Origin: Octopus vulgaris
Taxonomy: Eukaryota
Length of the DNA stretch: 64,000 nt
Reading direction: 5' to 3'
Assembly (NCBI GenBank): GCA_951406725.2
Contig: OX597819.1
Coordinates: 92,876,001 to 92,940,000 of the forward strand
Part shown: piece by piece, positions 27,890-42,000 of the stretch
Layout of the letters: each line of letters opens with the position of its first letter
Position numbering within the stretch: position 1 is the stretch's first letter
Position numbers and translations under genes: made by a program
The notes under the pieces: generated by a model
Seen by the model: the letters and a program-made list of their open reading frames with translations, nothing else
The model's database searches: none
Told to the model about the DNA's origin: nothing

Positions 27890-29600
27890 GTGGAGTGGAG
27901 GAAGCGTTGGAAGGTCAAATATCTTTCAGTATATGTTTGGCTCTTTAAATTCTGAGTTGAAATCTTGCTGCTGTCAACTTAGCTTTCATCATTTCGTGAA
28001 CGGCAAAATAAAGTAGCGATTATTGATTTAATTGTCTAACTGCTCCCATTTAATTTGAGATCATATCAGATATCATTATTCGTTATGGCCAGAGAGACGG
28101 CGAACTGGCAGAATCATTAGCAAACAGGACAAAATTATTAAAGACATTTCGCCCTTCTTTACAGTGTTGATAAAATAAGTACCAGTTGAGATCGATGCAA
28201 CTGATTTACCGCTCCCCTTAATTTTGTCGTCTTGTTCCAAAATTCGAGATCAATTTAGGTAACAGGACAGCAATTTTTGTAGTGAGTGAATTCGTCGATA
28301 CCATCAATTCCAGTACTTGACTGATACTTTATTTACTCCGATGGAGGACAAGCAAAGTAGACTTCGGCAGGACTTGAACTCAGAATGTAAAATGCTCGAA
28401 GCAATAATGCAAAGCAATTTTTCCGATGGTATAATAATATTCCTTTCAAATATATGCACAAGGCCAAGAGTTTAGAGTAGAGTGTTTAGTCGATTATATT
28501 GACCACACTGCTCATCTGGTACTTATTTTATCGACTCTTAAGAGACGAAAGACATACACTACCTAGGCAGAATTTGAACTCATAAAGTAAAGCTGGAAGA
28601 AATATCATTATGCATTTTATTCCTCGTGCTTACGTTTCTGCCAACTCAACATTCTATATAATAACTCTTCTTACTATAGGGATAAGGCTTGACATTTTGG
28701 AGCGACACTAAATCAATTAATTACATTGACACCAAGGAATAACTGGTATTTATTTTATCCACTCCAAAGTAAGGAGAAGCAAAGACCTCGCCAGAACTTG
28801 ATCTTTTTATGTAAAGACGGATGAAATGCCGCTAAAAATTTTGTCCGGCGTGCTAACGATTCTGCCTCTCGCCGCCTTAATAATAAAAAATCATAATTGT
28901 TTTTACTCTAGGCACAAGGCCTGATATTTTGGGGAGAAGGGGTAAGTCGATTACATTGATCCCATTCCTCAAATGATACTTTTTTTATCGATCCCGAAAG
29001 GATGAAAGACAATGTCGACCTCAGCAGCATTTGAACTCAGAGCGTGATGTTGGAAGAAATGTCGCATAGCATTGTTTCCAGCCCGGTAACGATTCTGCCA
29101 GCTCGCTGCTTTTACGTTCCCTGTAATAATATTTTCTGCTGTAGGTACAAGACCGAAATTTTGTGGGAGAGGGGACCAGTCGATTATATCGACCCCAGTT
29201 CTTCACTGATGCTTATTTTATCGACTCCCGAAAGCATGAAAGGCAAAGTTGACCCTAACGGGATTTGAACTCAGAAAGTGAAGACAAAATGCTGCTATGC
29301 ACCTTGCTCAACATGCTAACATTTTTGCTAGCTCACCGCTCTTCAGTCCAATGTAATAATGGAAATAATATTGATATCAATAATTAAGGCAGTGAGCTGG
29401 CAGATTCGTTGGCACTCAGAGAAAAATGCTTAGTGGCATTTCATCAGTCTTTACGTTCCGAGTTCAAATTCCACCGAGGTTGGTTTTACCTTTGATCACT
29501 TTCGGATCAATAAAATGGGTACCAGTTCAAAACTGTGTTCGTCGTAAGCGACATGCTCCCTCCCACCGAAACTGATGTCCTTGTACTAAAATTTGAAATT
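27890..29600. mobile_element. Cluster of ~7-8 diverged copies of the major SINE in both orientations
   Basis: Recurrent GAGTTCAAAT / TTTGAACTCAG, GATAAAATAAGTACC / GGTACTTATTTTATCG motifs. Confidence 0.8.
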
Positions 29601-30019
29601 CATATTGGTAACGACAATAACTATGATAGCAATTGCAATTTTCTTGATATTGATCTAGTACACGGAAACAAATATTTTTAATCATATCAATTTTTCAAAT
29701 GAAAACATGTTTAGCAAAGGGAAGTTCCATATTTTGCTTTCAGTTTGTTATGTGGAGCACAACTGATGTGTCTGTTGACAGTGATTAGCGTATACTATGC
29801 AATAAATCACGAACCGTTTCAGTTAAATTCTATCCACGTCCTCTTCAAATCAATTTTCTAATCCACATGTGTACTGAAGCGACAATATTTTGCACGGAAC
29901 CTGTTTAGTTTCAAAACTATGATGACTGGTTGTCTAGAAATTTTACAATACTTCTATTTTTGTGAAGCGTGATGTACTTCTAGACGATGTTTGAACAACG
30001 ATGATAGAAATTTATCCAA

Positions 30020-30370
30020 TGGTCTTGCTGGAGTACCACCTTAAAGGGTTTATGTCGAAGAAATCGACCTCAGGACTTATTCTTTGTAAGCCTAGTATTT
30101 ATACTATCGGTCTCTTTGCTGAACTGCTGGGTTATGGTGACGTAAACACATAAGCATCAGTTGTCATGCGATGATAGTTGGACCAAACACACACACATAT
30201 AAAATTACATTCTGATGTTTACACATACTCACACAGATTTATTTTACCAAATCCACTCACAAGGCCTTAGTCGGCCCGAGACTATAATAGGAGACACTTG
30301 ACCAAGGTGCCATGCAAAGGCATATGGGTGGGAAGCAAGCTTCGTATCACACAGCCACGCCTGCGCATGT
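30020..30370 (-). mobile_element. SINE with internal (CA)n spacer (third type); related pieces at ~36730-37170, 52680-52840, 55490-55640, 59290-59420
   Basis: GACACTTG.CCAAGGTGCCA, CACTCACAAGGC and CCCCAGCA motifs recur at these loci. Confidence 0.65.
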
Positions 30371-30515
30371 AATACAAATAAAATAATATATATATAGGGA
30401 GAATTTACGAAAAAAACAAACGACGAAGACAGGTGGTGTACAAAACAAACAGATGTATTAGGATAACGCTCAGGAACAGAAGGGACACAGAAAAAATGTG
30501 TATAGTGGCTAACGG

Positions 30516-30550
<35 letters not shown>

Positions 30551-30577
30551 AAGCATGTATGTATATATGTATCTATG

Positions 30578-30617
<40 letters not shown>

Positions 30618-31108
30618 TTACAATACATACATACACGCACACACACACACGCACACACACATACACACACATACATATATATATATATCACTTAGGCCTT
30701 GCGAGACTAATCACCTGGTGTAGAACTTGACATACATACGCTTCAGAATGAAATATTAATCAAACTAATGAAGATCATACGATTATCGCTTATTGCATTG
30801 TTATCTCATTTCCTTATATACATTTATGCCCTGCCGCAGATGGGTATAGATAAATTATGCAGTGGAGGTTTTATCAATGTGTCCACACGAGGTACTTCGC
30901 AAGACGACCAAGACGCTCTCCCCGACTACTACCAACCACTATTCTTTATAGCAGTTCAGCTAGTTCATTCTCCAATCCACCAGGCGTGTCAATGACTTTC
31001 GCCACAACATTTACATACGCACGCACACACACACGCATATATGTATATATGTATATGTGTATGTATGTATGTATATATATATATATGTATATTATGTATG
31101 TATGTTTC

Positions 31109-31323
31109 AGAATCGGTAGCACGCCGGGCGAAATGCTTAGTGGTATTTCGTCTGCGGTTACGTTCTGAGTTCAAATTCCGCCGAGGTCGACTTTGCCTTT
31201 CATCCTTTCGGGGTCGATAAATTAAGTACCAGTTACGCACTGGGGGTCGATCTAATCGACTTAATCCGTTTGTCTGTCCTTGTTTGTCCCCTCTGTGTTT
31301 AGCCCCTTGTGGGTAGTAAAGAT
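31109..31323 (+). mobile_element. Young copy of the major SINE
   Basis: Near-identical to 7553-7770. Confidence 0.92.
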
Positions 31324-31364
31324 ACAAATATTATGTATGTATATTATGTATGTATGCTATGTCA

Positions 31365-31912
31365 GGTCACTTTCGAGTGCTAATGGTAACATGTAACCCA
31401 GTACAACCTGTTGCATGGTCGGCTCGTCGGCCACTAAACCGGCAACCCCACCAAGCTTGCTTGGTGAGGAGGGTGTTTATTGGACACCCTGCCGGATGAA
31501 AAACAAAACCCGTCAAAGGGCGGAGGAACTCTTGAGAGTCTACGGTCATCCAATAAATGTCTTAAGGCTGTATTATGCGCGGGGACACATTAAAAATCGG
31601 ACTGAATACCCGATCGCGCGGTTAAACCATTGGGAGTGAAGGACTCCTAGCTTTTGTTAGAGCATCCTTCTAGGAGAAGGTAACTCAGGTAACTGGGATA
31701 ACTCCGACATAAAACCTGCGGCTCAGTGGTTACCGATGATGTTGACTTGTTCTTCTTTTCGGATTATGGCTGCTGTTGCTTAGTGAGTGGGATTGACTCA
31801 ATGCACAGCTTTTCCTCACTTAAATAAAATCTTCTTGCACAGGCATTGCACGATAACAACATTGATTAATCTTCGTGCAATGGCCATACTCGATAACGAA
31901 GGGGCAGCCACC
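31365..31912 (+). mobile_element. Probable non-autonomous RTE-derived element with (ATGT)n tail
   Basis: GC-richer ~550 bp block; CTAGGAGAAGGTAACTC...TAAAACC resembles RTE 5'UTRs (recalled similarity); ends in (ATGT)n; no ORF. Confidence 0.4.
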
Positions 31913-32399
31913 ATGTATGTATGTATGTATGTATGTATGTATGTATGTATTTATAGGAAATGAATTTATTCCTGACCGCCTAAAACTACTTCCTAAACTC
32001 AGTACATCCGTGAAAAGGTTCCGAGAGACCAAGACGTCCATGTGCCTCAATTTGTTTTGAGTGAGTAAAGTGTTGCACAGTACTCAACCAAGTTTTTCAG
32101 CGCAATGAACTTTAAAACCAGTAGAACAAAAGCGGTTGAGACGATTCGAAACTAATTTCGCTTCAGGCTTTTAAAATGAGTTTACCTTCTAGAAGGAAGT
32201 TCTGAAAAGAATTGGGAGCTATTTACACCCTATTTTCACATGCAAATTTATCCACTGGGCAGGGTGGATGTGTGAATAATATTTACATACACATACATAC
32301 ACATATATATGTGTGTATATACATAAAGATGTCAGGAGAAATTGGTGAGGTAATCAATAAAATATTATATGTTAATTATAGAATATGACAATATCTCTG

Positions 32400-32684
32400 A
32401 CAGCTGCGTCGGGAAAAAATTCCTCATTCACATTTGTTTTGTAGTTTACAGAATCATTTGGGTGACATAACTGTGGCACGCCAGGAGGAGATCGAAACTG
32501 ACATTTCAGAGTTCTTTGCTATGAAACCAAAAGAGTTTTACATTGATGGGATTAAAAAGCTTGTAAATAGATAGAAGTAAGTTTTAGGTGACCAGGGAAA
32601 GTATATTGATGATTATTAAAATATCACTTTTGATCACTTGTTTTCTTTATTCAAAATCCGGAGAGCACTTATGGGATGACCTGA
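32400..32684 (+). mobile_element. mariner 3' fragment, same family as 2183-3471
   Basis: GAAACCAAAAGAGTTTTACATTGATGGGATTAAAAAGC and TIR GATGACCTGA-TA. Confidence 0.9.
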
Positions 32685-32697
32685 TATATGATGCCTG

Positions 32698-32749
<52 letters not shown>

Positions 32750-32752
32750 GTT

Positions 32753-32815
<63 letters not shown>

Positions 32816-32974
32816 TATATATGTATGTATCTATATATGTGTCTTTTTGCTTGATTTTCCTGTTACTGTGTCTTCGTCTTTCGCTTGACGTATTTTCTCC
32901 TTGTGATGTTTCTGTTTAACTCTTGATTTATATATATACGCACACAAACACGCACACATGCGCGCGTTTATAAA

Positions 32975-33250
<276 letters not shown>

Positions 33251-34477
33251 AGATTAGAAACCGGCTCTTTCTCCATTCGCAAGGAATCTTGAAATATAAC
33301 TGAATGACATACATACATATATATGCATCTAATTATGTGTGTGCACATTTTAAGATGTCACGAAACATTTTGTATTCTCTGCATTGGATAAAATAACGAT
33401 ATTTATTTTACTAGAATAGTAATCTTGTGTTCTGTGCCTTTTATTTGGCTAATTCTTTATGTGACTGAAGAATGAACCAATGAGACAATATATACAGGCA
33501 AATTTATATAAACATCGAACTACAATTAGTCCTCTAGATTTTTATTGGCTGCAAAACCACGTACTAAAATAGATCGCACATTTCTATACTCAATTTTTAT
33601 ATGCAGAAAACGTGATATATTTGCTGATGTCCACGCAGAAAACCATAATATATTCATATCTTTAGTACCATATGTCCCAAACCGACAAATGAACGCATGC
33701 TAGCGACTGTTAACGAAGGTTTAGAAATGTTGAATAACTGAACTCTTCTTTTTAGGGCTATCAGAAACTCACTTCATAGAAAATATATTACTTTAGCTTG
33801 TTGGTATTTGGGAATTTGTCAAAAAATATCGATAGTAAAGTCATCAATTCTCAACTTTTATTAACTGAAAAGTTTGCAAGTTTCCGCTATGGTCTTTCAT
33901 TCGCGTGTCATATATCAATCATTCTCGATGCATTAATAATTGAAGGAACATGTTCTATAAGTAATCAATAGACTTTATGGTTTTAAAAGTTAGCCTTTAT
34001 ATTTTTGGTAAGGTATCAGTTTCTGTATGTTTCAATATACGTCTATATTCCGATAATCCATTTATATTTTAAAAAATCAGTAAGATTCTCCCTGATTTGT
34101 AATAAACCTCTTAATATTAAAATGGCCGGTACAGTCGAAAGGGTCAATACTTCAATTACATAAAGAGAGTTGCGTGTTCACATTGGACTATTCTCCGCAA
34201 TTTACACTGGTTCTCTACTAAAAATCTCATAAAATATATGTTCTACGGAAAAAGCTTATACAAATAATATTTGTGTGTCTGAGTGTATGTTTGTATGTAT
34301 ACCGACATGTGCTGTGAATATGTAAAATCGTAAAGGTATCGGAAAATTCTTTTGCAGCATTTATTTTTGCTCGCTACATTCTCGATTCAAATCTCGCTGA
34401 GGGCAAGTTTACTTTTTATCCCCTCGGGATTGATAAAATCAAGCATCAGCCAAATACTTTAATTTATGTTTTCAGTT

Positions 34478-34784
34478 GTGGAGGCACATGGCCTAGTGGT
34501 TAGAGCAGCGGATTCGCGGTCGAGGGATCGCGTGTTTGAATCTCAGACTGGGCGATGTGTGTGTTAATGAGTGAAACACCTAAGTCCCACCTCGGCTCCG
34601 GCAGAAGGTAATGGCCAACTTCTGCTGACTCTTTCACCTCAACTTTCTCTCACTCTTTCCTCCTGCATCTTGCAGCTCACCTGCGACAGACCGGCGTCCC
34701 GTCCAGGTGGGGAACCTATACGCGAAGGATACCAGGAAACCGGCCCTATGAGCCAGGCGTGGCTCGAGAAGGAACAAACAAACA
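34478..34784 (+). mobile_element. tRNA-headed SINE (second type)
   Basis: A-box TGGCCTAGTGG at 34489, B-box-like GTTTGAATC at 34534, (AAAC)n tail. Confidence 0.8.
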
Positions 34785-35614
34785 TGTTATTAGTTGACAC
34801 CTTTTTTTAAAAGAAATTCCATGCCTCATGCCTATATGAAAATCAATTATTACAATTCGTTAGAAAATCTATGTTCGAGATCGAAGTAGCATACAAACCA
34901 AAAAAAGTAGTGTTTATCACCACTTTAACGTGTCAGTCTTGTAAGAGACGACGATACTGCAATTTTAAGCCTAGGAAGACATCTCCTCCAGCATGTTTAT
35001 TATCTTATAGTATCATAAGATTATAATAATATTAAAACAGTCTTTATTACAAAGGGAGATGGATTGATAGGATGCTTCGGCGTCGAACAAACTACCTTGC
35101 AAGGAAACAAACAATATGCTAATAGATTTCAAAGACATCGAAAACAACAGATAATATCTTTCAAATTTAATATTGTATCCGACAAAACCGATGCCTTGTC
35201 TCGATAGGTTGATTCCATTAATCAGTTGAGTTAATGTCCAAACTGCAGAAGAATGCTTTGTATAGCTAAAACAATGTTTCGATGGAAGTTTTCCATTTGT
35301 TATTATCATCATTTTATTAGGTCGGCATAAAGGGAACAATGATTGGATGGAAGTTTTCTTTTTGTTATTTTCATCCTTTATGTCGGAATGAAGGGAACAA
35401 TTGGATTGACGTATATCACTTATGTTAATATTACCTTAACAAATACAAATAGGTGAACTATATATTAAACGATAGTTTAATGTAAACCTACGTGTAAAGT
35501 TGAGTAATGTATTTTGATAAAGAAGCTTTATAAATCCTTAGCCTAGATGACGTACAGTAACATCTTGCTTCATAGTCTAAAGTAGGCTTCATCTTTCTGT
35601 GTTTAATAACTTAA

Positions 35615-36035
35615 TGGCCTCAAAATTTCGACACAAGGCCAACAATTTTAGGGAAGAAGGGGCTAGCGTATTACATCGACCCCAGTGTTTAACTGGTACT
35701 TATTTTATCGACTTGAAAAGGTATGAAATGCAAAGGCAAAAATCAACCTCGGCTGAATTTGAACTCAACGTAAAGACGTACGAAATATTTCTAAGTATTT
35801 TGCCGCCTTGTTTAACAACTTAATATACCTTTCTACTATAAGCACACAGCCTGAAAACTTGGAGTAGGGAGCCAGTCGATTACATTTACCCAGTACACAA
35901 CTGGTAACTATTTTATAAACCCCGAAAGCCTCCGAATTTGAACTCAGAATTTATGGTCAAACGAAATGTCGCTAAGCATTTTGTCCAGTTTTCTAACGAT
36001 TTTGCCAGCCCACCGCCTTGTTTAACAACTTAATA
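35615..36035 (-). mobile_element. Two tandem diverged copies of the major SINE
   Basis: AATTTGAACTC twice; CCGCCTTGTTTAACAACTTAATA repeated at ~35803 and ~36013. Confidence 0.75.
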
Positions 36036-36039
36036 TTAA

Positions 36040-37420
36040 AATTCGCAAGACCCTTCGGTCGAATTGCTCCACTTCATTCTCCGAAATTATTGTTTTCAGC
36101 ATCTGCACCTCAGCAGCGTAGCAGCTGTGGATCACCATCTCATACTATCTTCTCCTATCCTTAGAATTCATTCTTATTTTTTAGAAATCCTGTTTAACTC
36201 ATGTCATTATTTATCGAGGCAATTTTTGATTTCCCCTTCGTTACACTTTCATTTTGTCTTTAATTAAGAATCTCTGTAAACCCTTATCTCTTTGTCATTA
36301 AGAGTCTAAATATTTTTATCTTATTTCTTTGGAAGCTTTTTAATTTAATCTTTATTTCTGTAATTATTAATATTACATAAATCTTGTTCTTGTGCCTACG
36401 ATATTCTGAAGCGTCTTCTATAATCTAAAAAAATTCAATAATTCAATAATCGCGAGGATAATACAGATGTTAATGTCCATGTTTCAGCTCCAGAAAGTAA
36501 TGCAGAATATACAATGGTTCTTGATGTTTCCCGGTTTTCCATTTCTTTTTCGAACGACTTTCTTGTCATCGCAATCTTTCTTTTCATTTTTACATCATAT
36601 TCCTCGTTTGCAGTCGCAAATATCCCAAACATTTTAAATCTTGGGGTCAGTTCAATTGATCTTTCCAAATTTATGAAGCATTTTTTCGTATTTTTCCTGT
36701 TGATTATCATTGATTTGACTGTCTTTACACTCCAGTATGGCTGTGTGGTTAAGATGCTTGCAACTATGTGGTTTCGGGTTGAGTCCCGATGAACAATATC
36801 TTGTGCAACTGTCTTCTACTATATCCCCGTTCAACTACCACCTTATGTATGAATTTAGAAGAAGGAAACTGTGTGGAAGCCTGTTGTATATATGTGTGTG
36901 CATGTCAGTATATATACATGTGTGTGAGTATGTGCGTGTGTGTGTGTGATGCTCATGCGTGTGTATGTATGACTTACAGTGTGTGTCTTTTTATTTGCGT
37001 TTCTCAAACCCATCGATTGATGACTGTTGTTTTTTCATGTCCTTGCAGCATAGAAGTTTGACCAAAGATACTGATAGAAAAGTACCAGACAATAAGCACT
37101 AATATCGATTTGTTCGACTAAACGCTGCAAGACGTTGCCCCAGCATAGCGGCAATTCAATGATCGAAACACAATTCGTGAGACTTTCGATTTTTCATTTA
37201 CCGCAGTTACAGTAAATGTTATATGCATATCCCAAGCCTATGTACGCTATTACATTTGAAGTCTATAAAGCAGCACCTTTCGCACATCTAACACTGTAGG
37301 TAATCATAACTTCGATTGAATGAAGTTTCTAGCGTGACTTGTACTTTTCTGAAGACCGTCTCAGGCTAAATAGGCTAGAGAATAATGCACAGCCTTGCCT
37401 GACACTTTTCTTTAAGCTTT
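36040..37420 (-). mobile_element. Decayed RTE-clade LINE fragment interrupted by a SINE
   Basis: VYSALLSGAETWTL (RTE-typical) and VRQGC at ~37388-37404 on the minus strand. Confidence 0.65.
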
Positions 37421-37812
37421 TAGTTAATTTGGTAGTGTAATAAAATTATACTATTTCATCTTGGATGCTTTGTGACAACTCTTATATATTACTTTTGATC
37501 AATATTTGATTAAGTCTGTTGTTCTGTGAAGCTGTAACCATATTTTACATCTGTTTTGTTTTTTGTTTTTTACATTCAGAACAGATGTCTATGTTTAGAG
37601 TGTTATAATTATGTTGATATAGTTCTTCTCTCTTCCACTTTTCATGGAACTTCATCAGTCATCTTTTTCTCTTGTACTTTCTTTCCTCTTTAGAGTGTGC
37701 CATCACTAGTATTATTAACTCCCATTTCCTTTCTGTTTGCTATTTATTATATGATGCTTCTATTTCTCATAACACCATGTAAGTATTCATTTATGTTTGA
37801 TATTTCCACATA

Positions 37813-39027
37813 TTAGGTTGTTTCACATGAAATATCGCATTTTTAATTGTTTTTTCAGTCATTTAAAAACTCAATTATGTATACCTTGTATTTAATCTTG
37901 ATTCTTTTTCTTTCCCAACAATATTGGTATACAAATCGTGTACCCACAGATCTTATGAAAATGATAACAAACAAACTATGTTGAGTGATTTTCTCGTATG
38001 GGTAAAAACTAGGTCACTCTACCACAGAAGCTCTACGGAATATCCAGAGAGCCTTTGGTAATGGTTTTGTTGATATCAGAACTGCACAGAGATGGTTCCA
38101 AAGCTCTCAATCAGATGATTGCTTTGTAAATAAACTAAGGGGTAAGCCAAAATCAGTTATTCGTCATGATGGATTAAATGTTTTGGTTGAACAAAGTTTC
38201 GAAAACTTTCCTCAGAAGGCCACACATCTTGCACAACTGTTTTTGGACACCTGTAAAAGATTGGAAAGGTAAAAATAAAACGGATCGGTTTATTATACAT
38301 CAACTGAACGAGATTGAAAAAGGCAGACGCCTCAAAGTGTGCTCCTTATTGCTTTCTCGACTGGAAAAAACCCATTTGGCATCAAATCATTAATTGTGAT
38401 GAGAAATGAATACTCTTTGACATCCGAAGGAGATCATGACAGTGATTAGATGCGGGGGTGTCACCTAAACACTACCCAAACCCACCATTGCACTCTAAAA
38501 AAGTTAGTGCTCTGCGAAGGGAGTTATTCATTATTCTTTTTTGCAACAAGAACAAAAAGGTGACAGTAACATCGTATTGCTAAGACATTGATTGTATGCA
38601 TGAGAATTTGAAAAGAGAAGCAACCCAGACTAGTGAATAGAGATTCCCAATTTCCCCACGACAATGCACGTCCTCACACTCCCCAAGCTACGATCCAAAA
38701 GTTGCAAAGCCTGAATGAGATAGTGCAACATCCACCCTATTTCCTTAATATCTCTCCTACTGATCATCACTTATTTAAGCATTTTGAGTTCTTCATAACA
38801 ATAAAACATTCTTAAATAGAGAAGAGGTAAGTGAAGCATTCGGCCAGCTTACCACAGCGAAAGATGAATTTTTTTTAAGATTGAATACATGACATAGAGA
38901 AACGTTGGGGGTAAACGTCATAAATAAACATGGATCATACTTTCATTAAATAAATGAGTTCTCTAACACTTCTGAAACCTTTTTATTTTTACCTTTCAAA
39001 TATGACATTTCATGTGGAACAACCTAA
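37813..39027 (+). mobile_element. Second mariner family, near full length, decayed
   Basis: TIRs TTAGGTTGTTTCACATGAAAT / ATTTCATGTGGAACAACCTAA with TA flanks; CDEK, HDNARPH, HPPY..ISPTDHHLF remnants. Confidence 0.9.
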
Positions 39028-42000
39028 TATTATATCTGCTTTGATTTTGTCTGCTTTAATAAGTTTAATAAGCCATCTTTTAGCCATTTTTTATAAGTTT
39101 CATTTGCTATTTGTTATCGTTGGATTATTGTCTTAGATGTTATCCATTTTAGGACCCCAGTGTGGTTTTGAAAGTTTCACACAATTTAAAAACCTCTGGA
39201 ATATTAGTATGTTTCCTATCTTCCCCAAGAAAACATTGCTAGTTTTACGTATTAAATCGATTTCTTATTCTTCACAGAGACAGTATATTAAATATTTGTC
39301 CAAATACAAATACTGAAAGATTAGCTTATAAATTTAATTAATACAGTACGAATAAAAATATATTATCTTATGAATATATTATAATTCAATATACATTATT
39401 TACAGTAGTTATGAATATTTAGATTCTAATACGACAGTCTTGAGTTTGGGATAGAGTTTACCTGGTGATTTTAATACGCAGGTTGTCTCTTATATATAGC
39501 GAATTGATAAATATTTTTCGCTGGACTGATATTGAAACCAAATAGCAATATGTAGGTGTTAATTATGTTTAACAGTGTGACTTTCACTTCGTATGTAGTT
39601 TATATGTAAAGAAGTAAAAATTTAGAAGAACTGAAATATATTTCCTGAATAACTAAAGATCAAATATTGATCGCTTGGCACACTAGCCAATAAAACGATT
39701 TAATAACGCCGGCTAGAACTACTTCCTTACAAGTCTTTTATGGAAGTGGCGGAAAATAGGAGAATATCTTCTCTACGATGAATAGCTAGAATAGGAAATG
39801 TGTCGTTCCTTTGCTCTGCCAGGAAACTTAGATAATTTGTTATGATTAAGTTGTATTGTGAATGAAGCTATGATTATTTGAGAATTTACTGGGGCATTAA
39901 CCAGAAACATTGCCGAATAATTTATATCAAATTAACTCCGACTTTAAGAAAGAAACACAAATATTTTATTATTTATCATTTTGTTTCCCAGAACAATGCA
40001 TTACATTCTAAGAGATTTGTTCCCTTTTAAAAACCTCACTATATTATATTATATATATTATGGTTCATATTTCAATGCCATCACTAATTTACTTTCTAAG
40101 TAAGAACGAAGAATAGCTTAGAAGTTGTTCTACAAAATAAAGGCAACTTTTAATATACCTATTGCAATTGGGGTTACAAATATGGCACAGTATGGCAAAA
40201 GTGCATGAAAAGTACATAAGACATGACAAAGCACAAGAAAAGATTTCTTATCAATTATTAAAAGAAACATTCGATATTATTTCATTATGTGTTCACCCAT
40301 GATAATCAAAGTAAACTAAAGAATTTATGAACGAAATAACCTCAAAACTTAATTATCAAAATATACATTTATTCATATGTATGGTTTATTTATATCTGAT
40401 TAATGTTTGAAATTATAGACGACTGTCTCCAACTTTTTTAAATAATAATATCTTCATATATTTCAAAAGCTCCGTGAAGTATTTTTAAAATAAGAAATAT
40501 GACAAGCATTCGAGCGTGTCTCTATGTGTTTTCATGAGCTTCTATATAAATTAATTTTCGTTTGAACTGAAGTATTTGGTTATTTTATTGAATCATGAAG
40601 AACAAAAAGATCGAGTGTGGCCCAATAGTTAGGGTGTTGATTTTATGATCGTTAAGTCATTGGTTTGAATCTCGGATCACGCGGCATGGTGGCTTTTAAC
40701 AAGATATTCCTTTACCTTTGCTATTATAACTTAACTAAATTAAATACCAGCCACACATTAACATCCTGTTGAAATAGGAGTCTTGTAGTCTCAACCTAAA
40801 AGCCTAGAAAATTCGGAGAAACGCCGGATTTATAGAACTGAGGCAGAGTTTTATCAAGTACGAAAGTCGTATTTGAATATATTTAGGTTTTAAAGTCGGG
40901 CGAGTATTTTATGGAAGGTGCTCTTTTAAGCGTTTAAGCACTTCTAGCGTACATTACCTCGAATGACTTAAAACTAACTTCATACTAATCCTAAATGTCG
41001 AATATTTTCACGGCTATGATTTCGAACATCTATGCAAATTACTCGAAATGATCGGGGAAAAACGAAATGTGAATTTGTTTTATCATAACCGTGGTTGAAG
41101 AATAAGTTTGAGAAAAATAGGGATCAAACAAATACAAAATTACAGTTAGTTATGGTGATGAGCTTAGTTTTATCGCCCAAAATTGAGGGAAAGTATAATT
41201 ATATAATTATTTAAAAAATATAACACGAAAACACCATTTCAAATTGCAGTGTATGTAATAAGCATAATTTCAGCCACATATAGATAACATGAAATTGATT
41301 AAAATATCAAGGCATCAAGAGACGTTCGAAATGCAATCAACCTTATCTTTATGTTACTATATTTAAAGCCAATGTAAAGGAGTGAACAGGAAATTTCCTA
41401 TGTTTTACTACGGTGTTTATTTTATTAAAAAACGAATAATCAATATAACATCGTGAAAACAAATATTGCCAAGCTTTTAGATATTACCAAGTGCTAAGAT
41501 TAATAATCTCTTGTCTTGTCAAAGGTTTTGATTTAGGTACTGAACTATATTGCATTATACGAATAAATATGTGATTTGGCATTGTAAGTAGTAATACGCA
41601 CACACACACACACACATACACACACACACATTTATGTATGTATTTATACATTCATATATTCATATACACACATGCATACGTACAAACATACCCATATATA
41701 CATATATGCACATGCATTCGTACCTATTTCTGTGTATATATGTATAATGTATAATAGCATGAATATATGTTAAGTTAATAATTTCGTTTAGTACACTTAC
41801 ACCGAATATTATCCGGGGTGGCATGGAGTTTAGGAAATTTTCTATCTTCTTTATTACGTAAATGTTATGGGGATTATTTTTATAAAGTCGAGGTGTATTT
41901 TAGAGGTATTCGCAGACAATAAGTGGCTTTACGTTTTGTGATACATTTGGCCTACATTGCAACAACAGGTGTAGTATATCCGATGGAGTGTCGCAGATTT

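Noticed and set aside
27890-29600. CRISPR-like or regularly spaced repeat array
   Set aside because: Irregular, diverged SINE copies in mixed orientation in eukaryotic DNA; no cas genes.
32395-32430. Hammerhead-like antisense motif
   Set aside because: It is mariner coding sequence (WEKIPH region).
34478-34560. tRNA gene
   Set aside because: A/B boxes are present but there is no complete cloverleaf, and it continues into a SINE body and tail.
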